Source of the DNA: Felis catus
Lineage: Eukaryota
Length of the DNA: 64,000 bases
Reading direction: 5' to 3'
NCBI RefSeq assembly: GCF_018350175.1
Contig: NC_058368.1
Coordinates: 112,904,001-112,968,000, forward strand
Shown here: positions 25,941-38,772 of the stretch, in pieces
Numbering within the stretch: position 1 is the stretch's first letter
Layout: each line of letters starts with the position of its first letter
Position numbers and translations under genes: made by a program
The notes under the pieces: generated by a model
What the model saw: only the letters and a program-made list of their open reading frames with translations
Told to the model about the DNA's origin: nothing
The model's database searches: none

Positions 25941-26817
25941 AAAGTGAAGAGTATGATTATAAACCGAATGAGCGTAAGAACCATGCAAGATTTATTCAAA
26001 ACATTGCCTGGGACATGATAGATACTCAATAAAGACTTATTGAATGGATTGGGTAATTTAGTAACCCTGTGGCATATCTATAATTAGGAAAGCCTACCAA
26101 TGCTTCCCACTCCATAATATCATTTTTAAAATTGCGTGTGCTGAATGATAACTTATTTTCAGTTTTCCTTGGGCATGTGTTCAAATAATATTTTCTACTT
26201 CATAATTGGAAGACATGAGGGTCCTATGCAATGAGGCTGGATTTCTTGTCACCAAAAGGAACTGGATGCCTGGCTTGCCATCATTATAAATGGTCCCTTA
26301 GCCCATAATATGGGATGAGACATTGCTGAAATTCTGGCTCAAGAAGCCATGCTTTGACACATTTTTGATGAGGACCTACTCTAAGACATATTCTATATCA
26401 GAACCAATGTATCCGTACATTTAACTCTGAAACAAAGTTCAATAGTGACCTTTAATATAGGAGATAGTCTGACATTTTCTGTTCTATTTTATTAATTAAA
26501 AAAATGTTTTAAAAACTTAATTCGATGACCTACTAGGGGATTGTCAGTCACACCTTGAGACACACTGCAATAACGGGACAGTGCAAATAGCATGGCTAAG
26601 GCAAAACAGGAAATGCCTTCTTGCTGTGGAAGAGAACATAGATTTTCAGTGCTTATAACTAACTCATGATAGCCTGATTTGTTACACTTGCCACACATGT
26701 ATGTTTTATTGTTTACTGTCTATCTCTTGCAAGATGAATGTATGCCTCATGTAGGCGGAACTCCCATGTGCTTTGTATACCATTGTAACACCAACTAGAT
26801 ACAAAAGCAGTGCCTGT

Positions 26818-26988
26818 TCAACATCATCACCTTCTTCAGCATCATGGTTTCTGTGCCTGTCAGGGATGGGCTCATGGACCACAGAGCCCTGGGGTCCTTG
26901 CAGGCAACTTACCATATCAAGACAAAGGGAGTGTAGCCCTGGTATCTACCAGAATTTGGCAAGGTTTACCATTAAACCTTAATGGTAA
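26818..26988 (+). other. Composite locally templated insertion in an L2 remnant
   Basis: 26818-26920 matches 24259-24361 (97/103); 26926-26975 matches 20458-20507 (48/50); ends in a 10-bp inverted repeat. Confidence 0.9.
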
Positions 26989-27897
26989 TGGCTCATTAAA
27001 TTGATGAACACATAAATAATTAAGTCCCTAGTATAATTGTTTCCCAGACCCAATAACATTGAATGTAATTTTCAATTTTTTTCCAAACAGCTTTCATTTC
27101 CAAAGTCCTCGTCATACAGTTTTCATCCTCCTGAAGAACTATGTCATTACTGTTTTGGTTTTTTTTTTAAGGGATTACTAAGGAGATCCATGGCATATTC
27201 AGTGGAAAGTACCGTAGGGCTCCTGCAACTCACCTCAGGGTTAAAAAAAAATCATCGTTGCCTTAAATTCATGGCCCTGAAGCCAAAAATAGTATCCCTA
27301 TGAATGAAAAGAGAGAAGGAAAATCTTATCTTCTCAATGTTCTTCTGGGAGTAACAGTTCCTAAATATCTTGGCAGGGAAGTAGGCAGACTTTGGAAGTA
27401 AGACAGCCATCAGATCAGGAGCCTGGGAGCCAAGTGTGATGAATGCCAATGAAGCTGCCAAAGCACGGCCAGTTCCTGGCCCTTGGGAAGGAATTGAAAA
27501 AAGGAGAAATAAGTGGTAAGAGGCACTGGGTGGAGGAAGTGAAGAGACAAAGGGCCACAAGGCAGAGACCCTAGGAACACAAATGCAACCCAGGGAGAGA
27601 GAACAGAGAAAAGGGAGAGGACATAGATCAATTGCTATCCACCCACCACACACAACACACTGCAGATACCATGTAAGTCTGTATCAGCTAGCGCTCACGG
27701 TGCCGCGTGACTCACAAGTTTCAGTTCATAGATGTGTTGTGCTTAGAGATTTATAATCTGAGCCCCTGGTGCTGATAGAGGGTAAGAATCCAGTCATTCA
27801 CTGAGTCAGTGATTATTTATTGAATGTTTGCCTTTTGCAAACACTAGGAATAGAATTGTCAATATAGTAGACATAGTATCTGTCCTTCAGGAATTCC

Positions 27898-28111
27898 TTT
27901 TTTTTTTTTTTTTTGAGTTTATTTATTTATTTTGAGAGAGCGAGAAAGCAGGGGAGGGGCAGAGAAAGGGAGAGAGAGAGAGAATCCTAAGCAGGCTCTG
28001 CATTGTCAGTGCAGAGCCCAACCTGGGGCTCAAACTCATGAAGTGTGAGACCATAACCTGGGCCGAAATCCAGAGTTGGACGCTTCACTGACTGAGGCAC
28101 CCAGGCGCCCC
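27898..28111 (-). mobile_element. Can-SINE
   Basis: Poly(T), (GA)n, reverse head CCAGGCGCCCC. Confidence 0.93.
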
Positions 28112-29214
28112 TGGGGAATTTTTATTCTAATGAGAAATTTAGATGCAGATAATGTTAATAAGTTAATTATATAATTAATTATTGACTGCAATTTTAAGAG
28201 TTATGAAGAGGGCCAGTGGTACTGTAAACACTTGAGCTCGGATCTAAAGCATGAGGAGGAGCCAAGTGGAGCATTCCAAGTAGAGAGGACAGCATTTGCA
28301 AAGGCCCTGGGGCAGTGGAAGTATGTTCCAGTCGAAGACGGTGTGGCCGGCAGGCAGCGAGAGAGGACAGAATCGCTAGGCGAGGAAGCAGGGTCTGGGC
28401 CATGCAGGAATCTGCAGGGCATGTAGAGGATTTGCCGTTTTGTCTTGAGAGAAACATGAAGCCGTTCAAGGATTTTGAACAGTGTTCAGGGGGTGCCGGC
28501 GGGGAGAGAGAAGGGGCGCGATCTCACACACGTGCGCCTGTCTCAGGTTGATCCTGCGGCAAGTGTTTCCGCAGGCTGCCTGTCAGGTGTCTGGAACACC
28601 CCATTCCAATCCCAGCCGATGCGGATCTGTGGGACAGAAGAGCTTTCGTCCTGTTACTGGATCCTCTTTCAGCCTATCCCTCAATCCGTCCAATTTACTG
28701 TGCAGAGAAGTTCTCCAGCTTAAGTCGTTTCTCATTAGAGAATGATTTGAAGAGGAAAAGGCTTTGCCTGCCTGTTACTACTGAAGAAAACGGTCTTGGG
28801 CGAGAGAGGCTTCCCTTCATCTGGGGCCGGTAACTCAAGCACTCCAGTAATGATTTGCCATAGATCCGCCTAAATCCTCATCATCTCACCCTTTTAATCC
28901 TCAGCTGCTTCTCTACATATCAGGCTTGGGAGGGCACAAATCCCCTTCTTCATTAAGAAAAACCCACAGCCCCGTAACCTGAGAATGTAGATCCATCCAT
29001 GTAGGAGTGCGGCCGAATGCATCTTGGTGAAATTTTGATGACAATGGAATTCTACTTTCCACATGGGGGAATCGAGAGCCACAGGCCTTGGGTCTCCAAA
29101 AGGGTCTGGCTCTCCGGAGCGCCCTGTCTAGACAGCTAAGATGCATCTTTCCAGGTTTCCTTCTGGTGCTTTTAAGATTAGATCAAATTCAATCTGACCA
29201 TGAACTATGGTTTC

Positions 29215-29216
<2 letters not shown>

Positions 29217-29250
<34 letters not shown>

Positions 29251-29251
29251 A
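29217..29251. repeat. (TAAA)n microsatellite
   Basis: Tetranucleotide run. Confidence 0.9.
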
Positions 29252-29726
29252 ACCTATTCTTGAAAAAAAAATTCAGGTGTGAGAAATCTGAATCCATGTG
29301 GGAGCGCTCGAGTTTAGCCCCCACATCTGACAGGGAGGGAAAATTGGGAAAATCCTTTTAAATATTTACTAAGCAGTTATTGTGTGCCAGGGACTGGGCT
29401 GAACCTTTAAATGTACCATTTCATTTGATCCTCGTAACTATTCTATGAAGTAGCTGCTAGTAACGTCTGCATTTTGCAGATGAGGAAAATGAAGCTAAAA
29501 ATGGTTCATTCACTGCCCGGGACTGGGATGGAGCTGGGATCTGAGCCCTGTCTATACAACCCAAACACCTACTGTTTTAATTCCAACACAACACAGTAAG
29601 ATTGATTATGTAAAACATAGCAACACCGGGGCACGTTTCCTAGTATTGTCCAGTACTGTGAAGGTAATAGCTCAGGCTGGCATCTAGGGAAGGCGGTCCT
29701 TTAAGGGTTAGAAATCAAACCCTTGC

Positions 29727-29935
29727 GGGCACCTGGGTGGCTCCGACTCTTGGTTTCAGCTCAGGTCATGATCTCACGGTTGGTGAGTTTGAGCCCCGCG
29801 TAGAGCTCCGCCCTGACAGTTCGGAGCCTGCTTGGGATTCTCTCGCTCTCTCCTTCTCTCTCTCTCTCTGCCCCTTCCCCACTCACACTGTTTTTGTCTC
29901 TCTCAAAATGAATCAACTTAAAAAAAGAAAAAGAA
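29727..29935 (+). mobile_element. Can-SINE
   Basis: GGGCACCTGGGTGGCTC head, (CT)n, A-tail. Confidence 0.9.
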
Positions 29936-30683
29936 ATTGAGCACTTCCCTCCCCTTCCATAAAGTGTCCCAAAAGACCAAAAGAATTCAAAAACAGGAAG
30001 AAAACCAGAGATGATGCCATACCCATGTCAGAAACTTGCAGCAACTTCTGCTGGGGTACAGAACATGGAATGGGTGCAAGGGAACTGAACCCTGGGGAGG
30101 GGGCGGGGCAGGCTGTGGGACAAAGGGGTTTTCCCCCTTCTGGTTCCTCCTACACTGTGGATTAGTCACCCACAGAGTCAGCCCAGCAGGGCAGAGCTTC
30201 CATGAGAGGAAAAGCCCTGGGGAGGTGGACTGCATGTTGAGAGGCAATTTAAGAACAGCTGGGTAGATTTATTTTTTCTCTCTGCGTCTATGATGCCAAG
30301 AAGGTAACAAAATATTACCTACAGCAAACATTTAAATCAGAGCACGCAACTCATGCAAAACACAAACTGCTCCTACATAAGAGCCTGTTCCAAGGAATGG
30401 AGTACACATTTGTTTCTTAGCCTTGGGACTGATTACACAGTGAAGAGTCTGTTGGTATATGTGGTACACAGAGAAAGATGATGCACTATTTCCTGGTTTT
30501 CAAGGTGTGGAAATTTGACTATTATTCCTTTTTTCCTGCCCATCCTATAAGACCCAGCTCATGCCCACTCTTTCATAAAGCCATTACTGAACCTCTCCAT
30601 TTCTCATCCCCCTAAACCAGAGGTGATATCTACATCTTTTTCTGTTTGCTGACTGTTGTTGATTTCAAAAGATGTAGTTGTTC

Positions 30684-30789
30684 GGTGCCTGGGTTGCTCA
30701 GTCAGTTGAGCATCCAGCTCTTGATTTTGGCTCAGGTCATGATCCCAGAGTCATGGGGCTCTATGCAGAATATCAAGCCTGCTTAAGAT

Positions 30790-30821
<32 letters not shown>

Positions 30822-30862
30822 TCTCCCCTTCCCTCTCTTTCTCTCTCTCTCTGTCAAAACAA
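30684..30862 (+). mobile_element. Can-SINE
   Basis: Head plus (CT)n; TSD AAAAGATG(T/C)AGTT. Confidence 0.9.
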
Positions 30863-31439
30863 AAAGATGCAGTTACATCAGGTAAAAAAAAAATCACACC
30901 TAAGTATTACGAAGGCATACAGTGAAAATACAGCTTCCTGCCAGGCGACCCTCATTGTTTCTCTTCTCAGCTTCTTGAATGTCTCCAAAGACAGTTGTCT
31001 ATACCAGAAAATAGAAGTTCTCTCTGCACATCGTTCTTCCCCTTCCTTCTTCATCTCAGCATATAGCCTTGGAGATTATTCCACATCAGACCTACAGATC
31101 CCCCTCATTTATTTTCATGGCTCGCTAGTATTACCCTTACATCTCCCTCTTTTGAATCCCAGTGATGTACCTGCATTGCCAGTGTTAAGCTTTGTATCTC
31201 ATACTTGAGATCTAGTGCCCACGTGCATGCTGTCTTCTCTGCTGGATTTTAACTCATTGATGACAAAGACTACACATCATTCTTTGACATATTTCCTTTG
31301 GGCTTATTATACCGTAAGGTAGAAGTATGCAGTAATTAAATTGTAGAGCTCTATCATGCTTTCCTATGACTATTTGGCCATAGAACAGCAGTTTTTAAAA
31401 TTGAGGTAAAATTTAAAAACAATAAATTGTACAAATCTT

Positions 31440-31667
31440 TTGTTTTTAACATTTTTAATGTTTGTTTATTTTTGAGAGAGAGAGACAGAGACAGAGACAA
31501 AGCAGGAGCGGGGAAGGGCAGAGAGAGGGAGACACAGAAACCGAAGCAGGCTCCAGGCTCTGAGCTGTCAGCACAGAGCCCAATGTGGGGTTTAAACTCA
31601 AAAACTGCAAGATCATGACCTGAGCCGAAGTCGGACTCTCAATGGACAGAGTCACCCAGGAACCCCA
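31440..31667 (-). mobile_element. Can-SINE
   Basis: Reverse SINE; TSD TGTACAAATCTT. Confidence 0.93.
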
Positions 31668-33663
31668 GATGTACAAATCTTAAGTGCTCAGTGTGATAAG
31701 TTTTGAGAGTTGTAACTACCACTCAAAACATGACAGGGAATATTTCCATCATTCGGGAAAGTTCCCTCATACTGCCTTCCAGTCCATTTTATCTCTCTCA
31801 CCATCACCCACACGTCAGAAGCAGTGATTTTCTGATTTCTGTCACCATGTATCAACTTTATATAATCTTGTACTTAAGTTAAATGGAATAGCATAGTGAT
31901 ACTCTCATGAATATTCCTTGTCATTGTGGAGTAGTATTTTACTTTATGAAATTTGTTTCTGAATGTTCTTTTGTCAGTGGATTTTCATCCCCTCCCCAAT
32001 TTTACCTATGATGAATAAGGTTGCTTTGATCATCCTGGTACTAATCTTTTAGTAACCTGTGCTTTCTTTTCTCTTGGGTACATACCTAGGAGTGCACTTC
32101 CTGGGTCATGGGGCACATCAATGTTTAACTTTAATAAGAAATTGCCAAATTCTTATCTAAAATTGTTGTATCATGTTAAACTCCACCAGCAATGCGCAAA
32201 GGTCTCGATGTTCATTTTTGCCCACATTTGATATTGTTGTCTTTACTTTCACTATTTGTGCATGTGTGAAATAATACCTCGTAGTGGTTTTAATTTGCAT
32301 TACATGATGAGCAGTGATGTTAAAAACTTATTGACTGTGTGTTATCTTCTTTTTGAAGAATTAGCTGTAGTGTTTTGTCCATGTTTTTTAATTTTGTTGT
32401 TTTTTTGTTCTGGATGTGAATCACTCATCAAATATATGTATTGGAAACATTCTCTCCTAGTTTGTGGGCCTACTTATTTACTACATGGGGTCCTTGATGA
32501 GCAGAACATTTAAATTTGACAAAGTCAGGTTTGCCTCCCCCCCCCACCATTATCACCCCCATTTTTGTATTCTGTATAAGAAATCTTTTGCCTACAAGTC
32601 ATGAAGATATATTCTTTCCTGTGTTTTCTTCTAGAAACTTTATTTCTCTAAGCTTTCTGTTTAGGTATATGATCTAACTTGAATTAATTTTTGTATATGG
32701 CATGAAATAGTGGCTGAGATTTCTTTTTATTCCATATAAACATCCAGTTATTCCAGCACCATTTGTTAAATAGCTTTCCTTTCTCCATTGTCTTTGTGCC
32801 TTAAAACTCAGTTGTCTGTGTATCTGGATTCCCTGTTCTTTCCCACTGATCTATCTTATACCAATACCATACTGTCTCAATTACTATAACTTTATTTTGA
32901 AATAATAGAATATAAGTTCTCCAATTTTTTTTTTCAAGATTGTTTTTCTTATTCTAGACCTTTAAATTTCCATATAAATTTTAAGATTACTTTGCCATTT
33001 TCCCCAACAAAGCCTGCTGGGATTTTGCTTAAGGCTGAATTAATTCCACATATCAATTTGGAGACAATAGACACCTTCACAATTTTGAGACTTCAGATCC
33101 ATGGAAATTATATACCTCTTCATTTATTTAAATTTTGTTTAATTTCTCTGAGAATGTCTTGAAATTTTCAGTGCAGAGGACTTGCACATCTTCCATTAGA
33201 TTTGTTCTAAGATGCTTAGTATTTTGGGTGCTGTTATAAATTTAATAGTGTGTTCCAATTGTTTACTATCAGAATAATGCAAATACAACTGATCCATGTA
33301 TGTTGCATACGTATTATAATAGTTATGTTTTGTTGATGAATTGCCCTTTTAGTCATTATGAAATGTCCTTGTTTTTCCTCTGGTAATTTTCTCTGTTCTG
33401 AAGTCTACTTTGTCTGATATGATATGGCTATGCCACCTCCCTTATGCTGTGTGTATGCATGGTCTGTCTTTTTCAGTTACTTTACTTTCAACCTGTGTGT
33501 GTCTTTATGTTTAAATACGTTTCTTGTAAGCATTCTTGCTTTTTTAAAATCTTGTCTGACAAGGTCCTGCATTTTACATGGAGTGGTAATTCGTTTACTT
33601 ACAAAGGAAGTATTGATGTAGTTGGATTTTATGTTTATCTTCTTGGTGTTTGTTTCGGTTATG

Positions 33664-33906
33664 TGTGTATTTGTTTCCTAGGCCCGCCATAACCAAGTAC
33701 CACAAACTGGGTAGATAACAGAAAGTCATTTTCTCACAGCTCTGGAGTCTGGAGTCTGAAATGAGGGCATCAGCAGGGTTGGTTCCTGATAAAGGGGAGG
33801 GAGGGAGGGAGTTGTCCTAGGCCTCTCTCCATGGCTTGAAGATGGCCTTCTCTGTGTGTCTTCACATTGTCTTTCCCCTCATGCTTGTTTGTGTCCAATT
33901 TCCTCT

Positions 33907-33955
<49 letters not shown>

Positions 33956-34299
33956 TACTTATTTCAGAGAGAGAGAGAGAGAAACAGAGGAAGAATCCCA
34001 AACAGGCTCTGTGTCCGGTGCAGAGCTCGAAGCGGGGCTTGATCTCACACCCACGAGATCGTGACCTGAGCTGAAATCAAGAGTTGGACACTCAATAGAC
34101 TGAGCCAAACAGGCGCCCCAATATTTCCTCTTCTTATAAGGACACCAGTCATGTTGGATTAAGGCCCGCCCTGAATGACTTCATTTTAACCTAATTACTT
34201 CTTTAAAGACCCTCTCTCCAAATACACTCACATTCTGAGGTACTTGGGCTTAGGACTCCAACATCTGAATTTTGAGGGGACACAATTCAGCCAATAACA
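33664..34299 (-). mobile_element. MaLR (MLT1-type) solo LTR with a nested SINE
   Basis: Reverse-complement similarity to the LTR at 9065-9465 (GTACCACAAACTGGGT...GGACACAATTCAGCC). Confidence 0.8.
33908..34120 (-). mobile_element. Can-SINE whose tail is a (TCTA)n microsatellite
   Basis: Reverse SINE; (TCTA)n at 33908-33952; TSD ATTTCCTCTTCT. Confidence 0.9.
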
Positions 34300-37200
34300 A
34301 TGTTCCATAATATCCTTTCTTGTACCTTCCTTTGTACCTCCTTTCTTGCCTTGTTTTAGACAAATCAGGTATATTCCTAGTATTCCATTTTATACTTTCT
34401 ATTGACTTTTTTTTTTTAGCTGTACCTCTTTGTGTTAATTTTTAGTTGGTTGTTCTAGAGATCACCATCTGCAACTTGAACTCCTCACAGCCACCTTCCG
34501 TGTTGCCACACTGCCCTTCTGTTGACTTCACCCTGGCCTTTGTGCTCTTTTTGTTTTATATTTACCTTTACATCTGCTATGAACCCCAAAACATATTGTA
34601 ATTAATTTTGCCTTAAACATTTATCTCTGAAAGAAGTGTGAAAATGAGAAAAAGCTAATAGTCTTTAAGAAGTTTTGTATATAAAAGATAATAAAAAGTT
34701 ATGTGGTATTGTAAAGAAATATAAAGATATAGAAATATATATATTTACATATATTATTGATTATCATTAATTAATAATAATGTGACCTTTGATTTTCATC
34801 GGGCAGGTTAAACGTGCTGTTCTGTTGGCTCTGGCCTCCATGAAAAAAGCAGTTTCTAACCTTTGCTGCTACATTGAGAGAGGTTAGTGCTAGGCACCAA
34901 GGGAAAGTCTGGAAGCAGGAAAAAATTCAGTCTTCCATGTAACACTGGGCTTATTTACTCCCACTCCTGCCCAGACATAGGAATCCTCCTCTACCATAGC
35001 CCCAGGAAGCTCTTTGTCAAGACCCAGCAGGCTTTGGCATGCCAGGAGAGAGAGACCCCTCCCGAGTTTTAGCATCCAGAGAGTCTATATAAGGAATCAC
35101 TGGTGGTTCTTCAGACCCCGTCACTTACTCTTTGCAAGGATGATGGGCAGAGCAGAGGCAAAGAGAGAAGAAGTCTTCTGAATATAGGAGTGATGTGGTT
35201 TCTAGGAGTGACTCTCTACAAGTGACAGTACTGGGACTTGGAGAGGTCAAGAGTGTTTTGATGTGTACCTATGGAGCTCCCAGTGAGGACAGAGTGGTTT
35301 GGATGGTCCTCTCTGTCCTCCAAGCAGCCCCATTCTTCACATCACATAGCTTTAGAGCCTTGATGGCAGAAATGAGATGCAGTGTGTGGGCATCTGGGAG
35401 TTAGCAAGGACCGTGCTGCGCAAGCGTGTCATGTCTCTTTGGTCCCCATCCCCCTGGCTATCACCCTGGTAGTGACTACTCATGTTCTGAACGGAGATTG
35501 TCATCTGAGGAGACCCTAAGGGCTCTGGGATCAGGCAGGGGTCCAACTGCCGGAATGAAAAGCAAGTCACTAAATTCAAAATGAGAATGAGAGTTGGCAA
35601 GGGCTTCATCTGAATTATTTCATGTACATAGTGCTTTAAAATTTGCCACATGTGAATGTTTTATCAAACTGTGATATTCCACATGTAATTATCTTCACTG
35701 ATGAACTTGAATTTTGAATATAAGACCTCATGAGAATATGCCATTATGTAGTAATCATTATGGCCCCATAGATTGGATCGATATTCACATGTCATATTTC
35801 TACTGCAATTCTGCATAGAAAATGTTGCTAGGTGTTTGTTTTACACAAACCGTTAATACTTAGAGTGAACATTATCATACTGTGAATTGAATGAAGCAAA
35901 TGAAATAATCTCAGAGCCTGCTCATCTGTTGTTACTAGTAAGGAATATCTTGATTGTAAAAGAGAGAAAAAACAACTCAAATGAAATTAAGCAGAAAAGG
36001 GGGATGGGGAGGGTAGTTCTTGGCTCACAGACCCAAAAGATTCAGAGATACTTTTATGTTCAGGCAACGCTTGATCCAGTAACACATACATTGTAACCAG
36101 AACCTGATTTTTCTTTTTCACTCTGCCTTTTGTAGTGTTGGCTTCGTCTTCAGGTGCACACACTGTGCCTGTCCCCATTCTCAGCTCTTTTTTTCTTTTT
36201 CACAAGTGGCTGCTGCTGACCGCAAGCTTACGGATGTCCTTGAACTACACTGAGGGAAGAGGAGGGGTCTGCTCTGACTGTTTTTGTACAGAGCCTTAGA
36301 CAGACACCCTTCCTCTTCTTGGCTCAGATTTGTTCTTATATCCATCTTGAATCAGTCATGGTAGGAAGAGGAAACCGTGACTGGCTTAAATCATTCAGGG
36401 CCTGGCCATGAACACAGGGTGGCTCAACCCTTCCTGACCCACACAGTGTCAGAAGGAGGGAGAGAGGGATGGTTCCTCAGCATGGTCTGGGGACACTGTG
36501 TTAGCATCTTACTAACGGTGTGTGACCTCACTAATGGGGATGGTGACCTAAAGAGCTTAAAGTTGCATCACATTCAGTCCTTTCCTTGTGTTGTAAACCC
36601 CTAGGCTTTGGGAGCTTCCTTATTGCATAACCAGTGCCTCCATTTAGGGCACCTACAGGTATATTACACCCTTAATAGAGGTCTTTCCCTCCTTTAAGAG
36701 CATTTGTTCCTTCAAGGTGTAAAAGCACCTCTAATTCAAAGGTCTCTAGGAACAAAATTAAATATTGTATGTTTCAAAATGACATTTCAAAACATGCACT
36801 TAGCTATTTTATCCCTGGGCACTCCAACAAGGAAGTGGATGGCTACGCTGCAGAATTGCTTGAATTACTATCATCATTATCATCCTTACCATCCTTATCA
36901 TTTGCATTGACGACACTGTACTAGGCACGTGGCAGACACTGCTCTACTCCATTCCTGGGAATCATTCCTTTAGATCCTACGCACATTTCAAAGCCTGGCT
37001 CTAGGTCTTCATCCAGTGAGCCTTCTAGACTAACTCCCAGGAACATCTTCCTTGGATGATATTTTTTGTTTAAATTATTTCTCCTGCTCTGCTTTGATCT
37101 TTCTTGCCAACTGGGTTGTTAGGTGCTCAAGGGCAGGGGCCCTAGCTTCTACTTTCTGTATCCTTAGAGTCTAACATAGTGGTCTCGAACAGCAGGAGTT

Positions 37201-37596
37201 CGGTAAGTATTGATTAGCACTTGAGACTGTAGAACTCTCATTCCTTAGAGGAAATCAGGAAACCTTTGTGCCACGTGAAAAAGCTGTTTATTTAGGCCAC
37301 ATCCCAGGACAGTCTCCTTTGTGTGAGTGCTTGCAGGTTTATTCTGCAAAATTACATTGCTCTGAACACTTCTCACACTAAGGAGACTGAATGGACCAGA
37401 AAAGTTTCCCCTAGCAGTTCTATTTTCAGCACCATTGCTGGTAATGGCCCTGGGATAAGCATTTGTAGTATCTAACCTTTGTGAGTATTAGAGCAGTTTG
37501 GCATGAAGCAGAAAGATCACAGACCTTGGAATCACATAGATCTGGGTTTTAATTCTAGGTCTGCCACTTACTGCCTGTATTACCTGCTATTTCCCC

Positions 37597-37866
37597 TGTA
37601 AAACTTGAAATACAATTCCTACATCAGAAAGTTGGGAAGGACTTATCTCCATTCCAACTGGATATATTACAATACAGTTGAATTCTGATGTTAACCCCTT
37701 GGAGTTAGCCCTAAGCTCCACAGATTTAAGAGCACAGACCCTAACAAGTCTGCCCTTCAGACACTTACTGTTGTGTGTCCCCAGGCCACCAAAACTTGGG
37801 AGCAGCAGGCTACCAACCCAGGATGTTCCTATAATGCCCCTCAGGTTTGATAATTTGCCAGAACTG

Positions 37867-37918
<52 letters not shown>

Positions 37919-38772
37919 ACAATATAATTATCATAATAATTATTATATATAATTAATAATTATATTATTAAATAATTATATTTAATATATTTATATATTT
38001 AATATATAATATATTATATATTTAATATATATTATATATTATATATATAATATATAATATATATTTGATATATTTAAACATTATTAAATAATAATTATAT
38101 AATAATTATAATTATAATTGTCTTATATAATATAAAATATTATTAATTATATAATTATAATTAATATTAATACATATTAATATTTAAGTAAGCTCTACAC
38201 CCAACATGGGGCTTGAATTTACAACCCTGAGATCAAGAGTCTTATGCTTTACTGACTAAGCCGGGTGCCCCTAATTTACTAGAACTATTCCCAGACTTTG
38301 GAAAAACAATGCTTATAATTGCGGTTATATTCTTAAGGATGCCCATCAGACAAGGTCTGGGAGCAAACACAGAGCTTCTGTGCCCTCTACCCATGGAATA
38401 AGGGTTTGGCCCCCTTCCAGCACATCAGTCTGTTCACCAGCCACCAAACTCCACTGAGCTTTGGTGTCCAGAGATTTTATTGGCATTCTATTATGTACAC
38501 ATGATTCATTAGATCAATGGCCATGTGCTGGAACTCAATCTCCAGGTCCTTCCTCTCCCAGAGGCTGGGCTCATCCATGTCTCAGCCCTGTGACTGCATG
38601 GTAGAACTTTCTGGGGATCAGCCCAGCTAGCACAGCTGAAGCCATCTAGGATCTTCACTGTCAGTCACCTTAATAGCATAACAGACACCCCATTACTCAG
38701 GGAATTTCAGGGGTTTTAGAAGCTTTGTATGAGGAACCAGGAACACAGGCCAGAAAAACTCTTTATTATACT
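37597..38772. mobile_element. MER21-like LTR with a nested SINE
   Basis: GAATTCTGATGTTAACC...GGAGTTAG; CCCCTCAGGTTTGATAATTTG; GGAACTCAATCTCCAG motifs recalled for the MER21 group. Confidence 0.6.
37869..38271 (-). mobile_element. Short Can-SINE with a ~320-bp expanded AT-only tail
   Basis: SINE head at 38190-38271; AT-rich block 37869-38189; TSD TAATTT(GC/AC)..AGAACT(G/A)TT brackets both. Confidence 0.8.

Larger units (their letters stand above)
31390..34640 (-). mobile_element. Old L1 (L1MB/L1MC-like) fragments with nested SINEs and an MLT1 LTR
   Basis: Antisense L1 3'UTR/ORF2 motifs (TTTAATTTGCATT; TTCCAGCACCATTTGTT; ATCAATTTGGAGA); boundaries approximate. Confidence 0.75.

Noticed and set aside
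24259..26920. DGR-like template/variable repeat pair
   Set aside because: The mismatches are not adenine-specific, there is no target ORF, and the only RT nearby is a dead L1.
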